From: Euprymna scolopes
Taxonomy: Eukaryota
Assembly (NCBI GenBank): GCA_053919585.1
Contig: CM132807.1
DNA: 64,000 bases
Reading direction: 5' to 3' (one strand)
The position numbers and the translations under genes were made by a program. The notes beneath the pieces are model-generated. The model ran no database searches and was not told where the DNA came from. It saw nothing but the letters and a program-made list of their open reading frames with translations. Of this stretch, positions 38,401 through 51,600 are shown in pieces (position 1 is the stretch's first letter; the number at the start of each line of letters is the position of its first letter).

Positions 38401-41400
38401 AGCTTGCATACATTAACCCTTATCCTTGTGTGGCCTCCAGATAACATTTATTTGTTATGTGCTTATATTTTTTTTTTCCTTTTTACCATTTTTTTCATTT
38501 TGTTGTCTAAAATAAAAAAAAAAATGCCCGTTTTGTACTATAGATAACAAAATGAAAAGGTGATAAAAAAACGTATAACAAATGTTATCAAAGGCAAGAT
38601 AATTTATCCAGCTAGGTAGAAGAGTAACTTTTTTGCGTTTTAACTTATTTTAAAGCATTTATTCATGTAACGTTGAGTGTTACGTTAAAGTAAAAAAAAA
38701 AAAAAAAAAAAATGGCAGGCACGGGAGGGTCACGCTTATAGAGTATTGATAATCGCTCAAAAATAGAAAATCAAACAAGATACTGGTAGAAATCCAACTC
38801 AAAGTGGTGGTTTCCTAAGAATGATGGTTTATTAAGGCCGTGGTTTGCAACGGTCAAAGCCGACTTGGAAGCTATGATCGGCCTTCAGGCCTTCAGTGTG
38901 CAACAATGGAATTGCAAATGGCTGAAGTATGCGAAGGAGACAGCAGCAGACTGACCTGGATGGGCTATCTTGACTTGTGACACAGTAAATTCACTTGAAG
39001 TCGGCTCAACCCAGGTGAATGCCAATACACAGCCTTATGAAGGCCAAAAATCATTCAAGGATAAAGGTTAATGAGAGATATTGTCAGTTGAATAACCAAG
39101 AATATTATCAGAGAATTGAAAATGAATGGAATGAACAAAATTTGATTTGGTTATAGTCAACATATTTCCTAACTTCTGGCATGGCTGCTACCAGAAGTGG
39201 TAATAAGGAAAATCGGTTCTTTCACTTTTATTGTTCGTCAGTATTTTTATTGTGAAGCGATTGATTGAAATAAAATATAAAAAAAATAAATTTTCGAAAA
39301 GTATACAATAAAATTTTTTAAAATTATACAGATAAAAATAAGTCTATTAAATAGTTCATTACCTAAAAAAAAAGAAAATTTTTTAATTGTTTTCAATAAG
39401 TCTTTAAAAAAAATGAAACTAATTTCAATAATTCTTAATTAAAATAAGACCAAAAAAACTTTTCAATGATTATTAAATTAAAAAAAGAATCTGAAAAATG
39501 TAAAAAAAAAAAAAAAGAAGAAAAATACATGCACAGAAGAGATATAAGCCTTAATTTAAACCTACGTCACTTCCGCAAAAAAGCGAAAGAACTGCTTTAC
39601 CTTGTCATCGATTCCAGTAATGCTACGCCGGAAGTTAGGAAGCGCGTTAGCTGACTACAACCAACAATAATTTAATAATAGTGCATACAGGGTGTCACAG
39701 CAAAATCTCACACTGAGTGACATGGTTCAGATCTACCAGGAAGTGATGACGATCGTGGTGAAGATAAGGACATTATCGAAAAGTATACGATAACTGAATC
39801 ATGAGTGGCTGAAGTATGCTGAAGTGTCAGCAACGGACAGACATGGACGAACTGTCTCAACTCGTGATGCAGCAAATTCACTTAGAGTTGGCTCAACCCA
39901 CCCCAGTTGAATACCGTTACAAGTACACCTAATTAGTAGAATTAAAACAAAATGTTTTTTCGAACATAACTCAATTCTAAAACAAAGGTATATCCTAGCA
40001 TATATTTTGTGTGATTAAAACGTTGTTTTTAATTATTTCCAGGAGAGCAAGCTAAGGGATTCTTTATGCAATCTGGATTACCAACGTCTGTGTTGGGCCA
40101 AATTTGGTAAGAAAAAAAACCTCTTTTATTTGAAAGTTGGTGCTTGTTCATAGCCTCCTTTCTCTTTGCCAAGAAAAAAACCCTGAAAATAAAGAAAATT
40201 TTTATGATGTATGTCCCCATGTCGGAAAATATACACCAAAAAATCATGTTAAGTGATCAATTAGTTTTATTTTTATAAATGAAATCATTTTAAAGCAAAT
40301 TTGAGTATTTTTTTCTAATGCCCCTTTCTCACCATATTAAGAATGGCTTTCTAAAATCTTGCAAAGTTTGGATTATTTGAAATTATCTCCCTTGTCCTGC
40401 AAAATGGCATTCAAAGATTGTTGATCCGTGTTTAACCATAAAATTTGATTTTTTTTTTTCTTAAGAATAAAACCACTTAATTGGTTTATATGATTTTTGG
40501 TGTATGATATTTTCTTTCCATCACGGTTTACATACACCAGTAAAGATTTTTCTTTATTCTTGGTACTTTTGTTTTCTTGTGGAGAGGAGGAGAGGATATG
40601 GACTTGCACCCTCAAAATTTTCTATATTTAATAATTGTAACTGTTTCTACTCGGTGTTGCCCGACAGATTTTTTTCACTTTAATTTTTGTATAGTTCATT
40701 GTCTTTTCTTTTGATTGATTTCTTGTAAGAAAATATTTCTCGCTTTGGTTGCTTGTTTACATTGGTCTTTTAAACCAACGCATTTCAGGTGAAAACATGT
40801 GTCATGCAGTTGTGCAACTAATTCAGCATGACAAACTGACTTCTCTCCCTTGACTTAAATTAAGGGTTTGACATTTTTAAACAGAACATAATCGTGGATG
40901 ATTTTTTTTTTCTATTAAAAATGCATATAGCACATCATCTACTGAATCATTTTTCGTAATTTTTGTAATTTATGCTAATTTTAACATGACATATGAGTAC
41001 ATAATGTTTTCACCTGAAATGCGTTGGTTTGAAAGATAACCAATACCACCAAAATATGTCGTTTTAAAGAAATCTAGTTTGTAAAAATTGAATTGTTTAA
41101 ATACATACCATTTTTAAATTTTATTTTAATCAAATATATATATATATATTTGTTGCTGTTCATTAAACATGTCTGATCTTGGTTTTGTGCTCTAAAGCAA
41201 AGAGGCTGGTAGCGGGCAGCGCAGTCATTTTTTGCTTCAGGCTTGCTTCTCTTACCACAACTGATAGTTTATCCTTGCCTCTCTTGAGGTCGCTGGTGAC
41301 CTGGTGTTTCCACAGATCCTGCTGATCAGCAAGTGCTTCCCAGCTTCCAATGTTTATGCTGACCTCTTTCATATCTCTTTGAATTGAAGCTGAGGGCAAC

Positions 41401-44400
41401 CCCTTTTTCGTTTGTCGATTATCAATTCATCATAGAGAAGATCTTTTGTGATTTTGCTGTCTTCCATATTGCTTGCACTGAGAATTTAACCTTCCATTTA
41501 CCTGTTTCTCAGCTGACTACAACTTGGTTGTGTTCAAGTCCAACATAAACAAATTCTTGATGAACCGCCCCCTTAAGTAATCCAATCTACCAAATATCCA
41601 TTAATAACGACTACTACGATATTGTCCCATTGATTACTGTACACTCAATAACCCTTATCCTCGAGTGGCCTCAGGGCCTTAATAAGTGGGGACTCCTATT
41701 TGAAACCTCCCCCCTCCCCCTTTAAGTGATTGATTTTGTGCTACGAAACAGATACTGTTAAGAATTGTAAATGTTAACTGAATTAAAGGAATAAATAATA
41801 AGATGGTCAACATCAGTAATTTTGGAATATAGTTTTTTGTCATTTATTCATTATATTGCTCTGTAATATATTGTGAAAATAGCACTCAAGTTGAGAACAG
41901 TGGTGCGAAGAATCCAAATAATATATATTTGGTGATGTGCATAAATACTTTTAGGTTTTACTTTTAAAAAGACAATTTTTAATTATTATTTCAGGACTCT
42001 GGCAGATGTCAATAGTGATGGAAAAATGGATAAAAAAGAATTTTCAATGGCTATGCATCTAATCAAGAAGAAATTACAAGGCTATGAATTGCCAAAAAAT
42101 CTTCCACCTAGCTTAAAAGCGGACCCTAGCCTTGTTGTTAACACGTTCGCCATGCCACCGCAAATGGCCCCAGCCATGACGCAACAGATGACAATGGGTA
42201 TGGGAATGCCTGTTGGTATGTATTAGCAACATGATTTTTATTTCTTTTGTCGTGTGAAGCATTAATAGATAAACGTAATTCTTCTTTTTTTTTTTTTTGA
42301 TGTAAATTGCTTGAGACAAAGCGGGAAGCCATTTGATGTAAGACGCTAACAAGAATGAAAGATGATTATCACAAAAACAGGAGACCTTAGTCTTGAAAAG
42401 ACCAAGGTTGTAAGTTGGAGGAAAATGGGGAGCAGGAAGAGAGTTCCACAACCTTGTAGTTCTTGGAAAGAAGCTACTGGAATAGGAAACAAGTATATTA
42501 ATTGTGTCAATAATGGTGTTTTTTCAACTTCAAAAGGTCCATGAGAATCGGTCGTTACTTGGTTTTATTCTGTTAAACGTACCAGATGGAACATCTCCAC
42601 TTGACAGAATACTGGTCTGTCATCAGTTCTATTCTCAACAATGCCGGAATCTATTAGTTCATATTGCTGGATTATTTGTTTACAGTAACTAATATTCTGA
42701 AATGGTCACCCAGCTAAGTATTAATCAGGCTCAATGTTGCTTAACTTTGATCTGATAAGGGCCAGTGTGTCAATGTGAATTGGAAACGTTTTCCAACTGG
42801 ATGGTTTAAAAAATAATCAATATTCTCTTTTTGCACAAAAATAAAACATGGTTATTAAACATGGAATCAGACTTTTTCCATTTTTATTAATTTAAAAATA
42901 TAGGTTATCAGTTTAAATTGAAATATATATAATGACAACAGGTGTGGCATTGAAAATATATCTAATCCAATTACTCAAATTACTCATGTGAAACAGACAT
43001 TTTAAAATGAAAAGAAAAAGTGAATGCCTGTTTAAAAGAAAAATTGTTTAAACATTTAAAAACAAAACACATAATATGCTTATATAATATGACAACCTGT
43101 GCAACATAGTATGAGAATATATCTAGTTCAATTATATGGACTTCTCATATTGTATACGACAATTAAGATATCTTTTAGAGAAAAAGTTTGGAAAGATTTA
43201 AAGCATGGTGATTAAAAGAAATAATATGTTTGGAAAAAAAAAAAAAATTGATTTCATCTAAAAATTGAAAAACACTTTGTTTAGAACAAAAATAAAAAAA
43301 ATCTTGATTGAAAGTGGAAAAGAAAAGGAAAAGTATGTTTAGGAAGAAAAGAAAGATATGTAAAAGGGGAGACATGTTTAGAGCGAGAGAATCAAGAAAA
43401 AAAAGAAACTTTTTGGAGGAATGAAGAATGGAGACATGTTTAATGGAAGAAATAAAAACGGGAGATATGCTTAATGGCGAAATAAAAAGAAAAAACATGT
43501 TTAGTGGAGAAATTAAAAGCAGGGATTTGTTTAGTGGAGGAATAAAAAATATGATACATTTAGTGGATGGAAGGGAAAGGGGGACATGTTTGACGGGTGG
43601 AAGGGAAAGGTGGGACGTGTTTAGCTGGTGGAAGGGGAAAAGGGGGGGCATTTTTAGCTGGTGAAGAGAGAAAAGAGTGGATATGTTTAGCTGGTGGAGA
43701 GGGAAAAGGGAGACATGTTTAGCTGGTGGCGAGGGAAAAGGAGACGTGTTTAGCTCGTGGAGAGGGAAAAGGGGGGACGTGTTTAGCTGATGGGGAGGGA
43801 AAAGGGGGATGTGTTTAGCTGATGGAGAGGGAAAAGGGGGACGTGTTTAGCTGGTGGAGAAGGAAAAGGGGGGCATGTTTAGCTGGTAGAAATGGAAAGG
43901 AGGGACATGTTTAGCTGGTGGAATGGAAAGGGGGGCATGTTTAGCTGGTGGAGAGGGAAAGGGGGGGACATGTTTAGCTGGTGGAGAAGGAAAGGGGGGG
44001 GACATGTTTAGCTGGTGGAAAGGGAAAGGAGGGGGACATGTTTAGCTGGTGGAGAGGGAAAAGGGGGATGTGCTTAGTGGGGAGAAAAAAACATGTTCAG
44101 TATTAAGAAAAAGGGGCTTATAGTTGAAAAAAAGGCAGATTGAGGAGAGGGAGAAAATGTTTTTAGCAAAAAATTTGTTTAAATGCTGAATTTCTATTTT
44201 TGCCGGCTTTTTTTTTCTCTCGTTTTTGATCTCAAGTGGAATTTGCCTGTTTCGCAATTTCTCTTCAGGTCTGGGTGGCACACCCATGTCTACCATGATG
44301 ATGACTCCTTTGTCAATGAACCCAGTTACCATGACCACCCCTGTTTTGGCTAACGGGGTTATGAGTGAGTTGTCTTTCAGCTAAATGTTGCTCAACACTG

Positions 44401-44540
44401 CTACCTGGATAGTTTGGAAGAAAGAATTTTCCACAAAGAGAACAAATAACAATTTCTTTGGAAAAGTTTTTGAAAATCCCTGCCAGTCTGCTGCACTTTT
44501 CTATAAAATATAAATACCCGCACAAAATAGTGTTCATGAT

Positions 44541-44575
<35 letters not shown>

Positions 44576-45586
44576 GAATTAAAAGAAAGGTACAACACAA
44601 ACAGCTGATTTCATTATAAATTTATTTCAACCCAAAAGGGCTTTATCAAATGAGAGGAGCTAGGCCAGGCTTAGCGTCCGACTGCGATAATTGAACAAAT
44701 TTTCAACCAATTATGCATTGATTAAAAAATACCTTCGTTTAGAGATGACGACTGGGTGTGTGTTTTCTATTTTATTTTCCCTACACTTCTCTTTTTTTCT
44801 TTTTGTCTTTTCCAACTTTTTCCTTTTTTCTCTCCTTCTCCTCTGCCTACAACATCTACATCTCTTCCTCCTTCCCTACTTTCCTTTTTGATTCATCTTT
44901 CTGTAACCTCTAAATTATACCATCCTCTTTTTTACCTTCCCTTTCTTTTTTTAATAAATACATAAATAGTTGTAAATTTCTTCAATTATACCTCTACTAA
45001 CTCTTCTCGTTTGATAAAGCTGTTTTGGGTTGAAATAAATTTATGAAATCGAGTTAAATTTGTGTTGTCTTTTTTAAAAGAAACTTTTATGTATGTTCTG
45101 CCATGCGTTGAGTTCTATCGCTTAAGATTTCTTAAAGAAATTGCTCTATCTTTTACACATTAATATTACTAATGATAATATATTCAGCCACATTTGTGTG
45201 TGTGTATATATATATATATATATACACACACATTTATTTTGCTTTTTAAAATTAAATATGTTTTTAACTCTTTTTCAAAGTGTTTTTTAACATGTTTTAT
45301 TAACTACTTGTTCTTATATATATATATACACATATGTACACACACAAATGTGGCTGAAATAAATAGTTTCACAGGAGCCATATTATAGATACTAAGGGAA
45401 ACTTAATGAGTGATAGATCGCCACAAACCTTGAGATTCCACTTTTCACTGTTGACAGAATAATTGTCTAATTTACCAGAGAAGAAGAATAATCAGTATCC
45501 TCTCACCGAGATCAATCAGAATCCCCTGACAGCATTCTTCATTATTAATGAAAATAAGGGTGTCTATTTACTTTTATATGTATGTA

Positions 45587-45633
<47 letters not shown>

Positions 45634-48600
45634 AGCAAAATAGAAATAAAATTTAGTTTGTGAGTAAATCCTTTTAATTTAAGCTTTAAATATTTATTGG
45701 TACTTCATGGAAAAAAAACCCTTACAGTCATAAGAAATGTATTTATAGCTTACACAAGTCAATCATATTCTTGTGTGTATTCATATTCATTATATCCAAT
45801 ATAGTTAATTTTACTTACTGTGTAATCCGTTTATATAAGTATCTCACTCCCGCCGTAACCCTTTATCTGTATAAGAGCCAGATATGTCCTAAAATTGAAT
45901 ACTCTTGCCATATCTGGGCAGGAGCAGCTCGGAGCACCTATCCTGCCTTGGCAAAGTTCCAAACCGACTTCAAAACCTAGTAGGGAATGGCTTTTTCTTT
46001 TCCTTGCAACCTTTCTCACAGAAGAGACGTTGTGAGCCTGTCTCTGCTCTATTGTTTTTTTCATGACAAGTGCTTATCTGAGCTTCAATCTATAGTTCTT
46101 CCCCTTGCCAAATATTCACACACCGTACATTAATCCTTATCATCGAGTGGCCTTCGGGCCTTGATAAACGATGCCTCCCTTGTAAAACAGCAAAAAACAA
46201 AAAATCAGCAAACAACCTCCTGTCACATCCAGGTTTTTAGTCAGTGTTGTTGCCCACTTAGCCATCATCACTATTGTATATATTTATTTACCTCCTTGGG
46301 AGAAAGTTAGACACAAGGTCAAGTGTTGGTCTGATGAAAGTGTTTCTGTGGAATTGGCTGGATTTGAACTTGACACACCCAGATTTTCAGTCTGTGTAGT
46401 TAACCACTTAGCTACTACTTGTTTGCTCATGTTTCAGTCATTGTAACTTTTGACCTTCAATTGCATCTTGTCAAACTCTGGAATTTGTACAGAATTTAAA
46501 ACAGCATTCTTTATTTAATCCATGAGGGTAGCTTGCTATTGTTTCATCAGCCATGACCGAGTAGAAATCTTATGTAGTTCATAATTATGTTTTAATTATT
46601 TCCACAGCCAAACAACGTCGCATGCAAGGCGAGCACTCTGCCACCTGAGCCAACCCGTCACACACTCTTGTGTGTGTGACGGGTTTACTCAGGTGGCAGA
46701 ACACTCAATGCAAGAGGCTTGACTTTCGAATCCTGAGTTCGGATATGTCTAACTGATGAGCCCAAATGAGAGCTAAACTCGAGTAGTGGACTTTCTGTTT
46801 GTTGGCTGTCATGGTTCTTTGAGCTGCAACATTGTTTGGCTGTGGAAATAATTATATAATCTCATACATTCGTAAAATTCAAGTATGTTTTTAGTATTGC
46901 TGACACTAAAAATCAAAATTTCAACTTCCAGAAGATTGTTGCTTACAACTGGTTAAATAAGCACTTTTATCCATTGCGCCATGGGTCCTTGCGGATAATT
47001 CTAATATCAATAACAAATTATGGCTTCTTCGCGGCCATGGCTGACATTACAAGAACACGCTATCACCATGGATTAAATAAAATGTTTTGTTTGCAATTTT
47101 ATACAGTTTCCAGAGTTTAACAAGATTCACTTGAAGAAGGTTGGCAGTTACATCTAAGATGAGAGTATTAGTCTGAATAATTCAAATAATTAATCAATGC
47201 TTTTTAAAAGGAGACTTTGTTGGTTTGGCCATGCTGTGTGCTGCAACACAGAGTTCATCCATAAAGCAATACCGCCAGAAGCACTCAGAGAGGCTGGCTG
47301 AAGATGTAGTTGCACACTATCAAAGCCAATGTCAAACCTACTTCTGGTCCACAGGTTTATGGTGTTTGCCGCTGGTCCTGGGATTGGTTACCCATAACTG
47401 TCTTGGCTGTTGTGGACAATTGTGCCTGATCTGTGTTCATTCGGGACTCTGCATGTTCTGTGGGAGGAGCTGATTCCGGGTAAATGTTGACAAAATTTTT
47501 TTTAAAAGTCGAAGAATCGATGTTCATCTCATAAGTTCCGAAACTACTTATTTGTTATCAAAAATATTCTAATAGTTTACAGCTATTGGAATTACCCTGG
47601 CAAAAATCTGATTAAAAAAATACAACTTTATTTCAATAGTGCGGTCATTGTAAAGAATTGCTTCTTTCTTCATCCAAAGTTTTGAAATAGATGAAGCGAG
47701 TTTAATGGGCTGTTATTTTGTGCATTTTTCTGCTAATCATTAGGTGTCTGACTTCAGTTGGCACTCTAGTATAAAAAAAATGACTGGTTTCTTATTTTAG
47801 AAACAAATTCTGTACATACAAATATAAAAACATATACACTTGCCTAACTTTGTATACATAGATTTTTTTTTATTATTCATTCGCTCACTGGCAATAGCCT
47901 GTAGTGTTCCCTGGAGTCTGAATGACAATACGTCTCCAAATTTCCAATGCTCTTCACCGATCTCAATAACAAGCGCAGATGACTTCATATTATTGCAACA
48001 GCCACTTACCTTTGGTATCGGCCATTGGTATTCACTGGAGTTTTGGTAGCAAAAAACCTTTCCAAAGCTCTAGTTTTCTCTGCATTCTTCCAGTGGAGGT
48101 CTGGCTAGTGCCCACTCTTTCTTTGGTCCTTCCAAACCCTTCATTAACAACTTTCGTAACCATCTGATGTAAACACCGCCATTTTTAAAATTTATTTATT
48201 TTTTATTTTTAGTTTTTTTTTAATTACTATTATTATAAGAAAGAAAGAAAAATTAAAATAGTAAAGTTTTTTTTATTGGCTCTTGTAACAAATATATCAA
48301 TTAATAAGACTTTCTTCAGGTTATAGTATGATGAGTGGTATTAACCAATTTATAAATAAGTTAAAGAAAACATACTACGAGGTGGGGGGGGGTCTTGGTT
48401 CAATAAATGAAAATTGATAGTTACTAAGTATAACTAAGTTAGTGTCCACGTTACTATAAGGTGGGTTAGCGTCCATGTTACGATAAAGATTATTAAAAAA
48501 GGACAACTTAAACAGATTTGAAAGTAAGCTAATATTATATAAATTCTACAGTTACAGCTCGTTGCACTGATTTTGTCCATAATTACTGCCCAACATTTTT

Positions 48601-51600
48601 CAAAGTAGTAATTTCTCCTGCTTTAAAGCTAGCAGACTTTGGGTTGCTTGCCTGGCTTTTTTCTCTTTTCTTTTTGGTTAGCGGACTTTTTCTCTTTTCT
48701 TAGAAGTTTTGCAAAGTGAGTATTAAGTTGCCAAACCTGAGCTTCTCTTGCTATTTGTACAGAATAAGATCTGCAATTGGTTGGAAATTTTTGTAAACTT
48801 TTTTTTTTTTTAAATTGAGTAAAAAAAAAAATGGTAAGTAAAATAAAAAATCATAATTTTGGGAAATCGTCTGTGAACACAGCAACAATTTCAATTATTG
48901 TGCATAACTGTAAATGATATTTCATAGGAAGAAACAATGTGTTTCTGGTATCTTCAGTACATACACCACTCTTATGACTGACCTTGCATATAAAAAGACC
49001 CAGAACGCCACACGTCTATAAATATCAAAGGACCAGAAATAGTTGATGAAAATTTCAGGATCAATAACTTATGGGAAACTAGCAGGGTTACCTGACGTTG
49101 TTTGGTGCAAAAGTGTAACATAAACTTTCTTTCTTTATCCGACTCTTATTTTCTTCCTCTCTCTCCCTTACCCCCTCTTTCTTCTCCTCCCATGCTATTT
49201 TTCTCTGGACATAAGCTCATGCAAACAGACAACTCTTGTTTAATATAATAGATTCCTCAAGCAATGAGTCAGTACTTTCTTTCTTAATTAGTTAGTTAAT
49301 AAAATGACTGAAAAAAATTGATCCTTGACCCCACCCTGACGAAACCTATCAGTTGATTTCGAAAGAATGATTAATTTTTTCTTTCATCCAGAATATAAAT
49401 AAAGAATATACCAACTTTGTGGTGCTTTGTTGTGTATTTCTTTTTTACTATTAGCTGGACATACAAGCACACATAGACACAGACAAATACCCTTTATATA
49501 AAATTTCAAGATCAATAACTTATGAAAATCAACTCTGAAAAATGGAAAAAATAATTTAAAAACAAAACCTTTTTATTATCCAATCTTTTTTCTCTCTAAA
49601 ATGTGGTTATTAATAGATACTAGGCAACCTGTAACCTGTTGGGTCAGTATTTCTTATATATTTCTTTGACATTGTAAATATTGTATAAAATAATATCAAT
49701 CAAAGGATTTCACAAAATCAGAATACATTATGATGTCCTAATGGACACACACACACTCTCTCTCTCTCTCTCCTTCAACATCCCCCCCTCTCTTTCTTTT
49801 ACATAATTTAATTTCTCCCACTACTACTCATCATTCATCCTTCCTCCGACCATCTAAAACAGTAGTTCTTAATCAGGGGAAAATTCCTCTCACTGAAGGG
49901 AAATTTAGGGTTTCTTGAGGTGGGGAAATTGACTCTACAGATTAGTAAGCACAGGCTAGATTCAGAGCCACAAAAACCACTGTGCATCCCCCATCACCAC
50001 TGAAAAGTTATGTTAGAGTTTCTCTGCTAGCACTTATATTAAATGCTATTCTGTTAGTATTAGTTAATATTGTTATTATTAGTTAAAGTGTGCAATCTCT
50101 TTCTTTTAAAATCTTTCTATCTGCTGCAGTACAGTGGTTCTCAACCAGAGGAAAATTGAAGAGCTTGAGGGTGGGTTAGATATCACTAATTAGCAGACTG
50201 AATTCATGACAAAAATAAAAAAATAATGTGCGTTGTCCATCATTACTGAATGGTCATGTTGGATTCTCTCCACTCGCGTTTGTATTAAATACTATTTTGT
50301 TAGCATAAGGATGTCTTGGGGTTGAGGAGGGGGCTTAGTATTTCAGTTTAACAAACACAGATTGGATCCAGAGCCACAGAAAACACAGTGTGCATCACCC
50401 ATTGCTACTGAAAAGTGAGGTTGGATTTTGTCTCTGCCAGCGTTTGTAATGTTATTACATCTGTATTAGTTATTATTGGTCCCCCGACAAAGGAGGGATT
50501 GGACCTAGTAATTCACTCTTGTTGGTTTGTTTGCATTTTTCTCAATAACTACACCTTGGATTTTTAAAAAATTTTGGCCAAACATTAGTCATGGTGAAAA
50601 TAAAATTTTCACTCGTAGAGGGGGGACCCTGTATGCTCATTTTATTGTTTGTATGTATGTACATTTTGAATTGGGACATTTTTTTTTTTGAAAAGGTGGG
50701 GGGAGGGGATATTCGGATACATGATTTAAGAGTTCACAAGCTAAAAAATGGTTGAGAATCGCTGATTTAAAATATTTATGATGAAATGTACTCGGAACAA
50801 ATACCTTCACATTCTCAGAATTGTAGAAGTATATAAATTATTCTACTCCCAATGTTAAGAAACATATTGGGAAATACATAATCTAGAAATGACTTCTTAT
50901 ACCATCCCTGCGAAAAGATCCATTCCATAATTTTGTCGTCACATAAATTCTGTTATTGTCTGTGTGTTAGCAATTATTGTTACGTTGCGTAAACCTTTGC
51001 AAACAGTTTATGAAAATGTACCAAACCATTCTACGTCCTATTCTGTACAAGTAGTCTTTTCGTCTCTTCCATCAGCACAATTCCTCCTCACACATTTTTT
51101 TTTCTCTCAATTATTTTATGCGTGTGGGTAGTTGATAGATATGTTGCTTTTTTTTTTTTTTTTTTTAATCCAGTAATTTTACATAGTAAGATTTTTTTTT
51201 TTTTTTTTTTTTGCAGTTTAATAAAAAAGATGTTTTATTTTATCTTTTGAAATGCTATGTAAATGTATTTTGTTTTTAATTATATGAATTTTTTCAACAT
51301 GTTAATGTGTAACTTTTGTTTTTAGCACTATGATCATCGCTGGCTTTCTAAAATAAAAAAATAAAATTTTTTTTAAAAAATGGCGTTTGTCTAGAATCCC
51401 CCCTATATTAAAAAAACAAAAATAATGAAAAATTTGTATGATGTACATATCCATGACAGAAAGAAAATATCGTATTCCAAAAATCACGTAAATTGATGAA
51501 GTAGTTTATTTTTGTAAATAAAATAATTTATAAGCAATTAATTGGAATTTGTAGGCATTAAAACAAATCTTTCAAGTTGTGAATTATGCTGAGTTTTTTT

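Noticed and set aside
39560-39662. ETS/CRE-rich internal promoter (CACTTCCG, CCGGAAGT, ACGTCA)
   Set aside because: It has an inverted partner at 39149-39200, so it is better explained as a transposon terminal repeat.
4910-42785. Functional 5S rRNA genes
   Set aside because: The heads are diverged, dispersed and lack a T-run terminator, and two run into a shared SINE body.
43175-43664. ORFs of 158 aa (-) and 78 aa (+)
   Set aside because: Translations of the minisatellite; no protein signature.
43360-44085. CRISPR-like array
   Set aside because: Units are contiguous with no unique spacers; eukaryotic context with no cas genes.
31420-46990. Functional tRNA genes
   Set aside because: Only A/B boxes and partial arms; no complete cloverleaf; repeated with non-tRNA tails.
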